The notes beneath the pieces are model-generated. The model was not told the origin of the DNA. It saw only the letters and a program-made list of their open reading frames with translations, and did not search any database. Below are positions 10,843-19,951 of a DNA stretch of 64,000 bases, piece after piece; the stretch's first letter is position 1, and each line of letters begins with the position of its first letter. Location: contig CAVPJG010000007.1 of the NCBI GenBank assembly GCA_963705205.1, forward strand, positions 84,336 to 148,335, written 5' to 3'. A program made the position numbers and the translations under genes. The stretch is from an uncultured Thermoleophilia bacterium. Its GTDB lineage: Bacteria; Actinomycetota; Thermoleophilia; UBA2241.

Positions 10843-12294
10843 GTGAACGTCCGGTACGCCGTCACGCCGCCGACGCCCGACGAGGTCACCCGGGCCGCAC
10901 GCGCGGCGCTGGGCCCCGGCGAAGCCGGCTGGCTGGTGGGCGGCTGCCTGCGCGACGAGCTCCTCGGGAGACGTGTGCGCGACGTGGACATCGTCGTGGA
11001 CGGACGGCAAGAGGCGCTGGCGCGCGCTCTGGCCGACCGCTTCGGCGGCGCCGTGTACTCAACGTCGGACGTCTTCGGCGGCTGGCGGGTGGTCGTCGGC
11101 GACCTGCACATCGACGTCGCCGCGGTGCGCGGCGGGCCGCCCGGCGACCCGCCGGATCCGGCGACGCGCGCCCTCCGTCTGGAGGCGGATCTTCGGGCGC
11201 GAGACGTCACCGTTGACGCGCTCGCGCGCCCGCTCGACGGCGACAGCATCGTCGATCCCCTCAGCGGCCTCTCCGACCTCGCCGCGGGCCGCCTGCGGCT
11301 GTGCTCGCCGGCCTCGCTCGACGACGATCCGCTGCGGGTACTGCGGCTGGCGCGGCTCGCGCGCGCGTTCGAGCTGGTGCCGGACGCGGCGGCCACCGAG
11401 GCGGCTCTCCGCGCCGCACCCGGTCTCGCGCACGTGAGCGGCGAGCGTGTCCGCGACGAGCTCGGCGCGCTCCTCGGTACGCGCGCCGCGCCGGTCGCGC
11501 TCCGTGACCTCGCCGTGTGGGGCGCGCTCGCCGTGATCCTTCCCGAGGTGGACCGCCTGCGCGGCGTGGAGCAGAACCCGTACCACCACCTGGACGTCTT
11601 CGAGCACACGCTCGAGGCCCTCACCTACGTCGTCGGCGTGGTCGCGCAGCTGGGCGGCCGGCGGTTCCTGGCGACGCCGGCGGAGGCCGGCATGCCCGGC
11701 GCCGAGCCGCTCGTCCCCGTCGCGTGGGCCGTCCTTCTGCACGACATCGGCAAGCCCGTCGTGCGCGTGGTCGACGATCAGGACCGGGTCATCTTCTGGC
11801 ACCACGACGAGACCGGCCGCCGGATGTGCGTCGACATCGGTGGACGTCTCGGCTTCAGCAACCGGTTCGTGGAGTACGTCGGCACGCTCGTGCGGCAGCA
11901 CCTGCGGCTCGGGTTCCTCACGCGCGAGCAGCCGCTGACGCGCCGCGCTCTGGCCCGGTACCGGCGTGACGTGAGCCCTTGGGTGTTCGAGTCCGTGGTC
12001 GTCTCGCTCTGCGACCGGCTGGCGACGCGGGGAGAGAAGACGTCGCTCACCTCGATGGCGCGGCACTACCGGCTCGCGCGCACCGCGTGGACGGCGGTGA
12101 GCAAGGCGCCGGCGCCGCAACTGCTGAGCGGCGGCGACGTCATGGAGCTGCTCGGCATCGAGCCGGGGCCGGCGGTCGGCCAGGCCCTGGACGCTCTCGA
12201 GGAGGAGATCGAGGCCGGAGAGGTCACCGACGCGGACGGTGCGCGCGCGTTCCTGCAGCAGTGGTGGCGGCGCGGCGAGACACACGATGCCTGA
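10843..12294 (+). CDS. cca: CCA tRNA nucleotidyltransferase (poly(A) polymerase family with HD domain)
   Basis: Nucleotidyltransferase head (GWLVGGCLRDELLGRRVRDVDIVVDG), the LLHDIGKP HD motif and a C-terminal tRNA-binding region. Length 483 aa. GTG start. Confidence 0.8.
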   Translation: MNVRYAVTPPTPDEVTRAARAALGPGEAGWLVGGCLRDELLGRRVRDVDIVVDGRQEALARALADRFGGAVYSTSDVFGGWRVVVGDLHIDVAAVRGGPPGDPPDPATRALRLEADLRARDVTVDALARPLDGDSIVDPLSGLSDLAAGRLRLCSPASLDDDPLRVLRLARLARAFELVPDAAATEAALRAAPGLAHVSGERVRDELGALLGTRAAPVALRDLAVWGALAVILPEVDRLRGVEQNPYHHLDVFEHTLEALTYVVGVVAQLGGRRFLATPAEAGMPGAEPLVPVAWAVLLHDIGKPVVRVVDDQDRVIFWHHDETGRRMCVDIGGRLGFSNRFVEYVGTLVRQHLRLGFLTREQPLTRRALARYRRDVSPWVFESVVVSLCDRLATRGEKTSLTSMARHYRLARTAWTAVSKAPAPQLLSGGDVMELLGIEPGPAVGQALDALEEEIEAGEVTDADGARAFLQQWWRRGETHDA

Positions 12295-13243
12295 GCTCCC
12301 CGAGGTCGAGACCGTCCGGCGACGGCTCATGACCTGTCTGCCCGGTCTGCTGCTCCGGGAGGTCGTCGTCAACGACTGGACCGTGAGCGTACAGACGGAG
12401 CAGGAGCTGAATGCGTACCTCGCGGGGCGCCGGGTATCGGGGCTGCGCCGGCGCGGCAAGTACCTGCTGGTCGATCTGGCACCGCTGGAGGAGCCCGCGG
12501 GTGGCCCGGCCGCGGCCGGCCTGGCCGGTCCGTCCGTCGCCGTCATTCACCTGCGCATGACCGGACAGCTGGTGTTTCGCCCGGAGCCCGGAGAGCGGCC
12601 GGCTCGCTTCGAGTGGCGCCTCGTGCCGGCCACAACGCTCTTCTTCCAAGACGTGCGGAGGTTCGGCCGCCTGTGGGCTCTTGAGCCGGCGGCCGAGGAT
12701 GAGTTCTTCGCCTCGCGCGGTATGGGTCCCGAGCCGTTCGGGCCGGAGTTCACGGTCGCGTACCTGCGCGGCGCGCTGCGGGACAGGAGTGCGCCGCTCA
12801 AGGCCTTCCTGCTCGACCAGCGGCGGATCGCCGGCGTCGGCAACATCTACGCCGACGAGGCGCTGTTCCGCGCCCGTCTGCATCCGCTGCGCGCGGCCGG
12901 GAGCGTCGGGCCGCGCGAGGCGCGGCGCTTGCACGCGGCCCTCCTCGAGACCCTCCAGGCGGGCATCGACCACGAGGGCTCCAGCATCGAGAGCTTCATC
13001 GACCCCGCGGGGCGGCGCGGCAGCTTCCAGGAGATCCTGAACGTGTACCAGCGCACCGGCGAGCCGTGCCGAGTGTGCGGGGCGACGGTCGAGCGCGTCG
13101 TCGTCGGCGGCCGCGGCACGCACTACTGCCCCGGCTGCCAGCCGCGCCGCGGTGGCATGTCTCCCGGGTCGCGGCGCCGGCTGGGAGAGACCGTCCCGCC
13201 GCGCTCCGCCAAGCCGGCCGACTGGGAAGCACCGGGCCGGTGA
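12287..13243 (+). CDS. mutM: formamidopyrimidine-DNA glycosylase (Fpg/MutM)
   Basis: MPELPEVETVRRRL with the N-terminal catalytic Pro, H2TH region and C-terminal zinc finger CRVCG...HYCPGCQ. The upstream ORF portion (from 12239) overlaps cca and was not used. Confidence 0.9.
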   Translation: MPELPEVETVRRRLMTCLPGLLLREVVVNDWTVSVQTEQELNAYLAGRRVSGLRRRGKYLLVDLAPLEEPAGGPAAAGLAGPSVAVIHLRMTGQLVFRPEPGERPARFEWRLVPATTLFFQDVRRFGRLWALEPAAEDEFFASRGMGPEPFGPEFTVAYLRGALRDRSAPLKAFLLDQRRIAGVGNIYADEALFRARLHPLRAAGSVGPREARRLHAALLETLQAGIDHEGSSIESFIDPAGRRGSFQEILNVYQRTGEPCRVCGATVERVVVGGRGTHYCPGCQPRRGGMSPGSRRRLGETVPPRSAKPADWEAPGR

Positions 13244-13701
13244 CGGGCCGGGCCGCCCCGCGCCTCTACATCGTCCTCACACGTGTGCCGCGTCGCTCGA
13301 CGCTGCAGGTCGGCTCGCTCGGGGCCGTGACACTGGAGCGCGGCTGGTACGCCTACGTGGGCAGCGCGGCGAGGGCGCGGGAGGCGCGCATCGCGCGCCA
13401 CCTCGCCCGGGAGAAGCCGCTGCGCTGGCACGCCGACTACCTCTTCACGGCCTTCCCCGCCGGGCGCGCCTGGCTGGTCGACGGGGCGGCGGGGGAGTGC
13501 GCTCTCGCCGAGGCCCTGGCGGCGCTGCCCGGCGCGGAGCGCCGGTCACGCCGCTTCGGCGCCGGCGACTGCCGGTGCCCCGGTCACCTCGTGCGCTTCG
13601 CGCGCCGGCCTCTGCGCCGCGACCTCGCGGCCGCGGCGCACGCCGCCGGCGCGCCCGCGAGCGGGGCGGTGCTCGCCTTCAGCCGCCCCGCCGCCTCCTG
13701 A
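13240..13701 (+). CDS. DUF123 domain protein (GIY-YIG/Uri-like endonuclease superfamily)
   Basis: GTG 13240 overlaps the fpg stop (GTGA). LYIVLTRVPRRSTLQVGSLGAVTLERGWYAYVGSA ... PLRWHADYLF matches the DUF123 pattern. Confidence 0.65.
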   Translation: MTGRAAPRLYIVLTRVPRRSTLQVGSLGAVTLERGWYAYVGSAARAREARIARHLAREKPLRWHADYLFTAFPAGRAWLVDGAAGECALAEALAALPGAERRSRRFGAGDCRCPGHLVRFARRPLRRDLAAAAHAAGAPASGAVLAFSRPAAS

Positions 13702-13818
13702 CCGTTGCCGCGGTGCGCTCTTCGCGGTCGCGGCGCCTGCCGCCGTTGCGGGGCGCAGCGTCAGGGGGCCCGCACGACGCGGGCCTCAACGGCGTCCCGG
13801 CCCACAGGAACACGGCCG

Positions 13819-15411
13819 TTATCGGAGGACGGAGTTGCCGCTGACGGTGTTGGTGCTGCCGCCCTCGTTCGCGATGACTCGCGCGCTGGCGGTCGGGGAG
13901 GAGGGGAGCAGGACGGTGTTGCCGGTCACCGTGTTGGAGGTGCACTCTTCGAAGATGGAGATGGTGCGGAAGAAGTCCGCGTAGTAGAGCGTGACGCCGT
14001 TGTCGGTCCGGTAGTCGAAGGTGTTGTTGCGCACCACGGTGTGGGTCGTGCCTTTGGTCAGCTTGACGCCGCTGACACGGCCCTTGCCGATCACGTTGTT
14101 CTCGATGACCGTGCCCTGACGCGACGGCTCGACGCAGATGGAGTACGGCCAGGCGGCGTTGCCGCCATCGTGCGGCAGGCCGCAGCCTTTGATCAGGTTG
14201 TCCCGGATCACCACGTCGTTGTGGTACTCGCGCGTCATGAGGCCGTCGAAGTCGAGCGTGAACTCGGCGGTCACCTCGAACGTGTTGCCCTCGATCAGCA
14301 CGTCGCCCCAGTAGCCGTCGCCCGCCTCGTCGCTCTGCCAGAAGACGATGCCGTAGGTGGGCGAGCCGGTGGCGACGCCGTTGGAGACGCCGAAGTGGCA
14401 GTCGAGGATGTTCACGTCGCGGATGACGGTACCCTGACCGGTGTCCACGGCGAACCAGAGCAGGCCGGCGCCGCCGTTTGAGGCCCAGGTGCCGAAGTTG
14501 CGGGCGAACTCGCAGCTCTGGAAGGTGATCCCGGTCACGGCACGGTTGTTCCAGCCGATGACCCCGCCGCCGTCGCCGCCGCCGAAGAAGCGGACGCGCT
14601 CGAACCTGGTGTTGGAGGTCGAGTAGCTCGCGGGCTCGTGCGAATGCCCCTTCCCGCCCACGGCGAGGTCGCGGACGGTAGTGTTGGATCCCCAGGTGAG
14701 GGAGCCGACGATGCGGGTCCGGTCCATGCCCTGTCCGATGACGGTCACACCGCTGGGCACCCGGACGTCACCCGTGAACGTGCCCGCCGGGCAGATCACC
14801 GTCTGGCCGCTGGTCGCGTTGTTGATGGCTGAAAGGGGGTTGCTCGTCGTCGGGGCCGGTGTGGTCGGCGTCGGGGCCGGCGGCGGTGTGACCGTCGGGG
14901 TCGGCGTCGGTGTTGCCGTGGGGGTCGGCGTCGACGGCTTCCGTGGCCGGCGAAGCTTGGCCGAGAGCGCGATGAGGTCCGTGCGTGCCTGCGAGAGGGC
15001 GCTGACCGCGCGGCTGCGTGCCTTCTTGAGCGTGCGTTGGGAGAGGCGGATCGCGTCCTTGTCGAGGTGGCCGGCGGCGGCGTTGCAGGCGAGCACCTCG
15101 GCCACGAAGGCGTCGTCCGCCTCTGTGGCCGCCAGCACGGACTCGCCGAGTCGAGTGAGGCTGAGGTTCATGCGTCTGACGAGGGCGTTGGTCCTGAGGA
15201 CCTTGCCGCGGAGGCGAGCCGAGCGCTTCACCTTCCCGGACATCTGAGTCAACCTGTCGATCTTCTTGTGGAGCTTCTCTGCGCGCTGTTCGATCCCGGA
15301 CAGATGCTTCGGCGCCGCGGTATCCGACGCGGCCGCTGCGGACATGGGGACGAGCAGACTGATGATGAGGATCCCGGTGACGACCGCGGGGGATGTCTTC
15401 AACCTGGACAC
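13819..15411 (-). CDS. secreted right-handed parallel beta-helix repeat protein with N-terminal helical region and Pro/Thr-rich linker
   Basis: GTG start at 15411 sits 6 nt after GAGGAGG. Signal peptide MSRLKTSPAVVTGILIISLLVPMSAAAAS, then ~150 aa helical/basic, then linker PSTPTPTATPTPTPTVTPPPAPTPTTPAPTT, then beta-helix repeats (VIRDNLI, NNVIGKG, TVVRNNTF, VTGNTVL). Confidence 0.7.
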   Translation of the reverse strand: MSRLKTSPAVVTGILIISLLVPMSAAAASDTAAPKHLSGIEQRAEKLHKKIDRLTQMSGKVKRSARLRGKVLRTNALVRRMNLSLTRLGESVLAATEADDAFVAEVLACNAAAGHLDKDAIRLSQRTLKKARSRAVSALSQARTDLIALSAKLRRPRKPSTPTPTATPTPTPTVTPPPAPTPTTPAPTTSNPLSAINNATSGQTVICPAGTFTGDVRVPSGVTVIGQGMDRTRIVGSLTWGSNTTVRDLAVGGKGHSHEPASYSTSNTRFERVRFFGGGDGGGVIGWNNRAVTGITFQSCEFARNFGTWASNGGAGLLWFAVDTGQGTVIRDVNILDCHFGVSNGVATGSPTYGIVFWQSDEAGDGYWGDVLIEGNTFEVTAEFTLDFDGLMTREYHNDVVIRDNLIKGCGLPHDGGNAAWPYSICVEPSRQGTVIENNVIGKGRVSGVKLTKGTTHTVVRNNTFDYRTDNGVTLYYADFFRTISIFEECTSNTVTGNTVLLPSSPTASARVIANEGGSTNTVSGNSVLR

Positions 15412-15785
15412 TGGTGCCTCCTCTGGATCCCAAGGCGAGAGGGGGCTGGCCGGCGCACGGCAAAGCCGCGGTCGCAACGGTGCGACTCACTCTGGGATCG
15501 AATCCTGGGACTAGGCTCCGGCCGAGGCCTGTGACAGTTGAAGCGTCGGCACGATCGAGCGGGAATTGAGGGCAGGCCGCCAACAAGTGTCTGCTGGACT
15601 GTGTACGGCAGAGACGGCAGCCGAGGAGCGTCTGCCGGCGCCGTCGCGCGGTCCAAGGGTTGACGAAGCCGCCAGGCGACTGGCCCAGGGGACGCCAGTC
15701 GTCAGGCTCGGCGTCTTCCAGCCAAAAGAGACGCGACTACCGTTTCGCGGTGCTGTTCACGAGGGTGGCGCCGCGGGACCGTTGC

Positions 15786-17095
15786 CTACCGCGCCTTCTC
15801 CCACTTCTGCAGGTAGGCCACCTCGGCGAGCGTCTTGCCCGCGTCGATCTCGCCGCGCAGGCGGTTCTCCTTCTCGAGCACGTCCATCGCGCGGTTGGCG
15901 AGCTCCACGGCCTGCTCCTTGGGGAGCACCATGACGCCGTCGTCGTCGCCGACGATCCAGTCGCCGGGGCGCACCGTCTGCCCGGCGATGACGATCGGCA
16001 CGTTGATCTCGCCGAAGCCCTTGGGCTCGCCGGCGTTGGCGCAGACCTTGCTGCTGAAGGCGGGGAAGCCGAGGCGCGCGATCTCCGGCGTGTCGCGGAT
16101 CGCGCCCCACACCACGAGACCGGCGAGGCCCTTGACCATGGCGCTGTGCGTGGCCAGCTCGCCCCACATCGCGGGGGCGGCGTCGCAGGCGTCCACGACC
16201 AGCACGTCGCCGGGCTCACAGACGTCGATCGCCTCCACGGGCTTGGCCCAGTCGCCGGCGTAGGTGCGCACGGTGACCGCCGGGCCGCACATGTGCGCGC
16301 CCGGCAGCAGGGGTCGATGCCCGGCAGGCTCGGCTGCCGGTGCCAGGCGTCGCTGACGTTGGCCGTCGAGACCTGCTCGAGCACCGTGCGGATGTCGGCC
16401 GCGCCGGCGCGCTTGTACAGCGTGGTCTCGATGCAGACGCGCTCGTCAACGGCGCGGCGGATCTCGGCGGTGGCCGCCGCCGCGTCGGCCGACTTGGTGA
16501 TGGCGCCGCCGACGACGACGATGCCGGCGCCGGCCTCCACGGCCGCGGCGGCCGTCTCGCTGTTGATGCCGCCGGCCGCCGACACGGGGATGTCGACGGC
16601 CTCGGCCACGGCCTTCAGCGTGTCGAACGGCGCCTCGCCGCGCATCTGCTGGTCGATCGCCGTGTGGATGCCGATGTAGTCGGCGCCGAGCTCCTGGGCG
16701 CGCTTCGCGCGCGCCACCGGGTCGGCGACCTCGATCATGTCGACGATGAGCTTGCAGCCGTAGTTGCGCGCCGCCTCGGCGCACTCCTTGATGGTGCTGT
16801 CGGACGCGGCGCCGAGCACGCCGACAACGCCGGCGCCGGCCTTGGCCGCGTACTCCACCTCGGTGCGGCCGGCGTCCATCGTCTTCATGTCGGCGACGAT
16901 GGTCCGGTCCGGGAACTCGGCCTTCAGGGCCCGGACGGCGTTCAGGCCCTCGGCCTTTATCAACGGCGTGCCTGCCTCGACCCAGTCGGCGCCGCCGGCG
17001 ACGGCCTCCCGCGCGACCTCGAGGGCGCGCGGGAGGTCGACGAAGTCGAGCGCGACCTGGACGAGCGGGCGCTCCCTGCCCGGGTCGCAGGTCAT
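15786..17095 (-). pseudogene. bifunctional 3-hexulose-6-phosphate synthase / RraA-like protein, with an apparent 1-nt deletion in a G4 run at 16310-16313
   Basis: ATG 17095 follows an AGGTGATGG RBS. HPS/KGPDC domain: VALDFVDLPRALEVAREA ... ADMKTMDAG ... GADYIGIH ... VVVGGAITKS. The RraA N-terminus (VSTANVSDAWHRQPSLPGIDP) continues in the same frame. The rest of RraA (GPAVTVRTYAGDW ... VVDACDAAPAMWGELAT ... VVWGAIRD) is in the -1 frame and ends at 15786. Confidence 0.7.
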
Positions 17096-17565
17096 ACGCC
17101 CATCACCTGCACCACGATGCTGCGCTCGCGCGGGCGCGCGTCGAAGTCGCAGAAGACGATCTCCTGCCAGGTGCCCAGGGTGAGGCGTCCGTCGACGATG
17201 GGGATCGTCACCGACGGGCCCACCAGGGCCGCGCGGATGTGCGAGTGCCCGTTGCCGTCGCCGTTGTTGATGTTGTGCTGCCACACGCGGTCGCTCGGCG
17301 TGAGCGTCTCGAGCACGTCCTGCACGTCCTCGATGACGCCGGGCTCGTACTCGATGGTCGTGATCGCGCCGGTCGCGCCGGGAGCGAACACGGTGACGGT
17401 GCCGTCGCGCACGCCGCTCGCGGCGATGTGCTCGCGCACCTCGTCGGTGATGCGGACGATGTCGGCGTTGCCGCGGCTCGAGAACTCGACGGAGCCGGTG
17501 ATCACGCGCACGAGGCCCTCGCGCACGTGGTCCTGCTGTCGGCCGTTGACGAAGACGGTCGCCAT
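17092..17565 (-). CDS. yjbQ: YjbQ/UPF0047 family protein (secondary thiamine-phosphate synthase-like)
   Basis: ATG 17565 is preceded by AAAGGAAGG. ITDEVREHIAASGVRDGTVTVFAPGATGAITTIEYEPGV ... HSHIRAALVGPSVTIPIVDGRLTLGTWQEIVFCDFD is the UPF0047 signature. Its stop overlaps the HPS start (ATGA). Confidence 0.8.
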   Translation of the reverse strand: MATVFVNGRQQDHVREGLVRVITGSVEFSSRGNADIVRITDEVREHIAASGVRDGTVTVFAPGATGAITTIEYEPGVIEDVQDVLETLTPSDRVWQHNINNGDGNGHSHIRAALVGPSVTIPIVDGRLTLGTWQEIVFCDFDARPRERSIVVQVMGV

Positions 17566-17579
17566 GGTGGTCCTTCCTT

Positions 17580-18536
17580 TCATGCGGTCGCGTCCTTGGC
17601 GGGGTACGCGCTGATGGGGTATGACGATGGGGTGGTGAGGTCGCCGCCGACGGGGACCGCGACGGAGACGTTGTCGATGAGGCGGGTGGAGCCGAGGCGG
17701 GCCGCGGCGACGAGCCTGGATCGCGGTCCGAGCGTGCCCTCGGGGACGAACGTGTCCTCGTCCACGACGGCGAGGTAGTCGAGCTCGAACCGCGGGCGCG
17801 CCGGCGCGTCGTCCACCGCGTCGGGGTCCAGCGGCCCGGCCGGCAGCAGCAGGGCGGCCGTCGCCGCGACCACCACGTCCTTGGCGGCGGCGCCCGGGGC
17901 GTCCGCGGCGGCGGCGCCGGCGAGGAGCGCGCGGTAGAGGTCGGGCGCCACCGCGCGCTGTTCCGGCGTGAGACGGACGTTGCGCGAGCTCATCGCCAGA
18001 CCGTCGGGCTCGCGCACCGTCGGCACGCCGGCGACCTCGACCGGCAGGTCGAGGTCGCGCACGCAGCGGCGGACGACGGCCAGCTGCTGCGCGTCCTTCT
18101 CGCCGAGGAACAGCACATCCGGCTGCACCACGCCGAGCAGCTTGGTGACGATGACGGCCACGCCGTCGAAGTGGTCGGGCCGCGAGGCGCCCTCGAAGCT
18201 CTCGGTGAGGGCGCCGCCGACGTGCACGCTGGTGGCGAAGCCCTCCGGGTACATCTCGTCGGCCGTCGGGGCGAACACGATCGCGACGCCCGCCTCCTCC
18301 AGGAGGCGCAGGTCGCGGGCCTCGTCGCGCGGGTACGTGTGGTAGTCCTCGCTACGCCCGAACTGCGCGGGATTCACGAAGACGGAGGCGGCGACCTGAG
18401 CGCAGCGCGCTCTCGCCGCCTCCACCAGGCTCAGGTGACCGGCGTGCAGGGCGCCCATGGTGGGCACGAAGCCGAGAGGGCGCGGGAGGTCGCGCAGCGC
18501 CTCCTGCGCCTCGGCGATGGTCTGGGCGACTATCAC
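17580..18536 (-). CDS. panC: pantoate--beta-alanine ligase
   Basis: GFVPTMGALHAGHLSLV (HIGH-like motif) and VFVNPAQFG; the C-terminal extension is typical of actinobacterial PanC. Length 318 aa. Confidence 0.9.
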   Translation of the reverse strand: MIVAQTIAEAQEALRDLPRPLGFVPTMGALHAGHLSLVEAARARCAQVAASVFVNPAQFGRSEDYHTYPRDEARDLRLLEEAGVAIVFAPTADEMYPEGFATSVHVGGALTESFEGASRPDHFDGVAVIVTKLLGVVQPDVLFLGEKDAQQLAVVRRCVRDLDLPVEVAGVPTVREPDGLAMSSRNVRLTPEQRAVAPDLYRALLAGAAAADAPGAAAKDVVVAATAALLLPAGPLDPDAVDDAPARPRFELDYLAVVDEDTFVPEGTLGPRSRLVAAARLGSTRLIDNVSVAVPVGGDLTTPSSYPISAYPAKDATA

Positions 18537-19483
18537 GGCTGGCCTCCCGCCCAGTGCCCGGCGGCGGGCTGCGCGCCGTCGGCGCCGCCGGTCTCGCCGC
18601 CGGCGTCTTCGTCCCTCAGCAACTGCCGCAGTGTCGCCACCTGCTCGTCGTCGAGCCGCGGCGCGGCAAGGGTGAGCGCCTCGAGGCTCAACGCACGGTA
18701 GGTGCGTGCGAGCCGCGGGCTCTCGCGGTCGAGCAGGCGGAGGTGAGCGCGCACGGTGCCGATGTCACCGCGCGCGACCGGACCCGTCAGCGCGAACGCA
18801 GGCTCCCCGCTCCGCAGCAGGTTGCGCATGGTCGTCTCGAGGAGCACGGAGAGGTGGTCAAGGCCGCGCGTCTCGCCGGTGGCCTCGTCCATGAGGCGCT
18901 TGGCCTCGCTCTCGAGGGCTACGAGCAGGTTGCAGCCCACCACGGCGGCCAGGTGATACAGCGTCTTCTGTTCGTCTGCCAGACGGAACGGGCGCATGCG
19001 GAGTCGGCCGGCGAGCTTCTCCCCGAGTCGCAGGTCGCGATCGTCGAGCACGGTGACGGCGCAGGGGACGTCCTGCAACAGCCCCGCGTTCGGCTCGCCG
19101 GTGAACGTCTGCAGAGGGTGCAGGCAGAGCACGCGCACACCCTGCTCGTACAGGGGCTTGAGCAGGTGCACCGAGCCGAGGCCGCTGGAGTGCAGGGCGA
19201 TCGGCTGGGGCGCACCGGGGCGGCGGATGGCCGGGAGCGCCTCTGCCAGCCGGCCGGCCACCGCGTAGATCTCGTCGTCCGGCACCGCGAGCCAGAAGGC
19301 GTCGGCCTCGAGCGCGGCGTCGCGCACGCGCACACGGGGGATGCCGCCGAAGAGGCTGGTGTCGTCGTCGGCGTGCACGCCGACTGCGCTGACGGTGAGC
19401 TCGGCCTCCTGCAGGCCCGCGAGGACGGCCGATCCCAGGCGTCCGGGACCGATCACGCAGAAACGATACGCGTCGAGGGTCAA
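18533..19483 (-). CDS. Rossmann-fold NAD(P)-binding protein with DUF2520 domain (often found next to pan genes in actinobacteria)
   Basis: FCVIGPGRLGSAVLAGL GxGxxG motif followed by a DUF2520-like C-terminal half. The stop overlaps the panC start (ATGA). The start is uncertain: TTG 19483 or GTG 19459 are candidates. The upstream 110 codons of ORF 19825 look non-coding and overlap FmdB. Confidence 0.55.
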   Translation of the reverse strand: MTLDAYRFCVIGPGRLGSAVLAGLQEAELTVSAVGVHADDDTSLFGGIPRVRVRDAALEADAFWLAVPDDEIYAVAGRLAEALPAIRRPGAPQPIALHSSGLGSVHLLKPLYEQGVRVLCLHPLQTFTGEPNAGLLQDVPCAVTVLDDRDLRLGEKLAGRLRMRPFRLADEQKTLYHLAAVVGCNLLVALESEAKRLMDEATGETRGLDHLSVLLETTMRNLLRSGEPAFALTGPVARGDIGTVRAHLRLLDRESPRLARTYRALSLEALTLAAPRLDDEQVATLRQLLRDEDAGGETGGADGAQPAAGHWAGGQP

Positions 19484-19732
19484 GCCTCCGACCTCTCCGG
19501 CTGCAGTCCGCCCGGTGGGGGTGGTACCGTGCCTGCCGTAGGCCTGTGATGCACAGGCGGTGTCCCGGTGGCCTGCCGAGGCTCGGCGCCGGGCCACCTG
19601 AAAGCGTAGGGTCTCGCGCGTGCGCGTGTCAATCAGGACGGTCGTTGTGACGGCGAGGACGGTGGCGCCGCTGCGCGTGCGCGCCGCGCCGTCCGGCGTC
19701 TGCCCGGCGGCCTCCGGTGGTACACTACCGCC

Positions 19733-19951
19733 ATGCCGATCTACGAATTCTGCTGCAACCAGTGCGGAACCGCCTTCGAGGAGCTGGTCCGCAACGGCGT
19801 GAAGCCCGAGTGTCCGTCCTGTCACTCAGGCGACGTCTGCCGGCTGCTGTCCACGTTCGCCGTCCACTCATCGTCGTCCAACCTCGGCGGCAAGGGAGCG
19901 ACCAAGAGCTGCTCCTCCTGCGCCAGCTCCTCCTGTGCCACCTGCCACTGA
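19733..19951 (+). CDS. FmdB family zinc-ribbon regulatory protein
   Basis: MPIYEFCCNQCGTAFEEL...PECPSCHS has the CxxC...CPxC FmdB-type zinc ribbon, with a Ser/Cys-rich tail. Confidence 0.7.
   Translation: MPIYEFCCNQCGTAFEELVRNGVKPECPSCHSGDVCRLLSTFAVHSSSSNLGGKGATKSCSSCASSSCATCH

Noticed and set aside
12239-12286. Earlier ATG for fpg at 12239.
   Set aside because: Fpg requires Pro2 as the N-terminal nucleophile after Met removal. MPELPEVE begins at 12287, and the upstream 16 codons overlap the cca coding end.
15737-17284. 515-aa minus-strand ORF treated as one protein.
   Set aside because: The N-terminal 63 codons precede the RBS-supported ATG at 17095. The last ~170 codons are Ser/Pro/Arg low complexity, produced by reading past the frameshift instead of following the RraA-like sequence in the adjacent frame.
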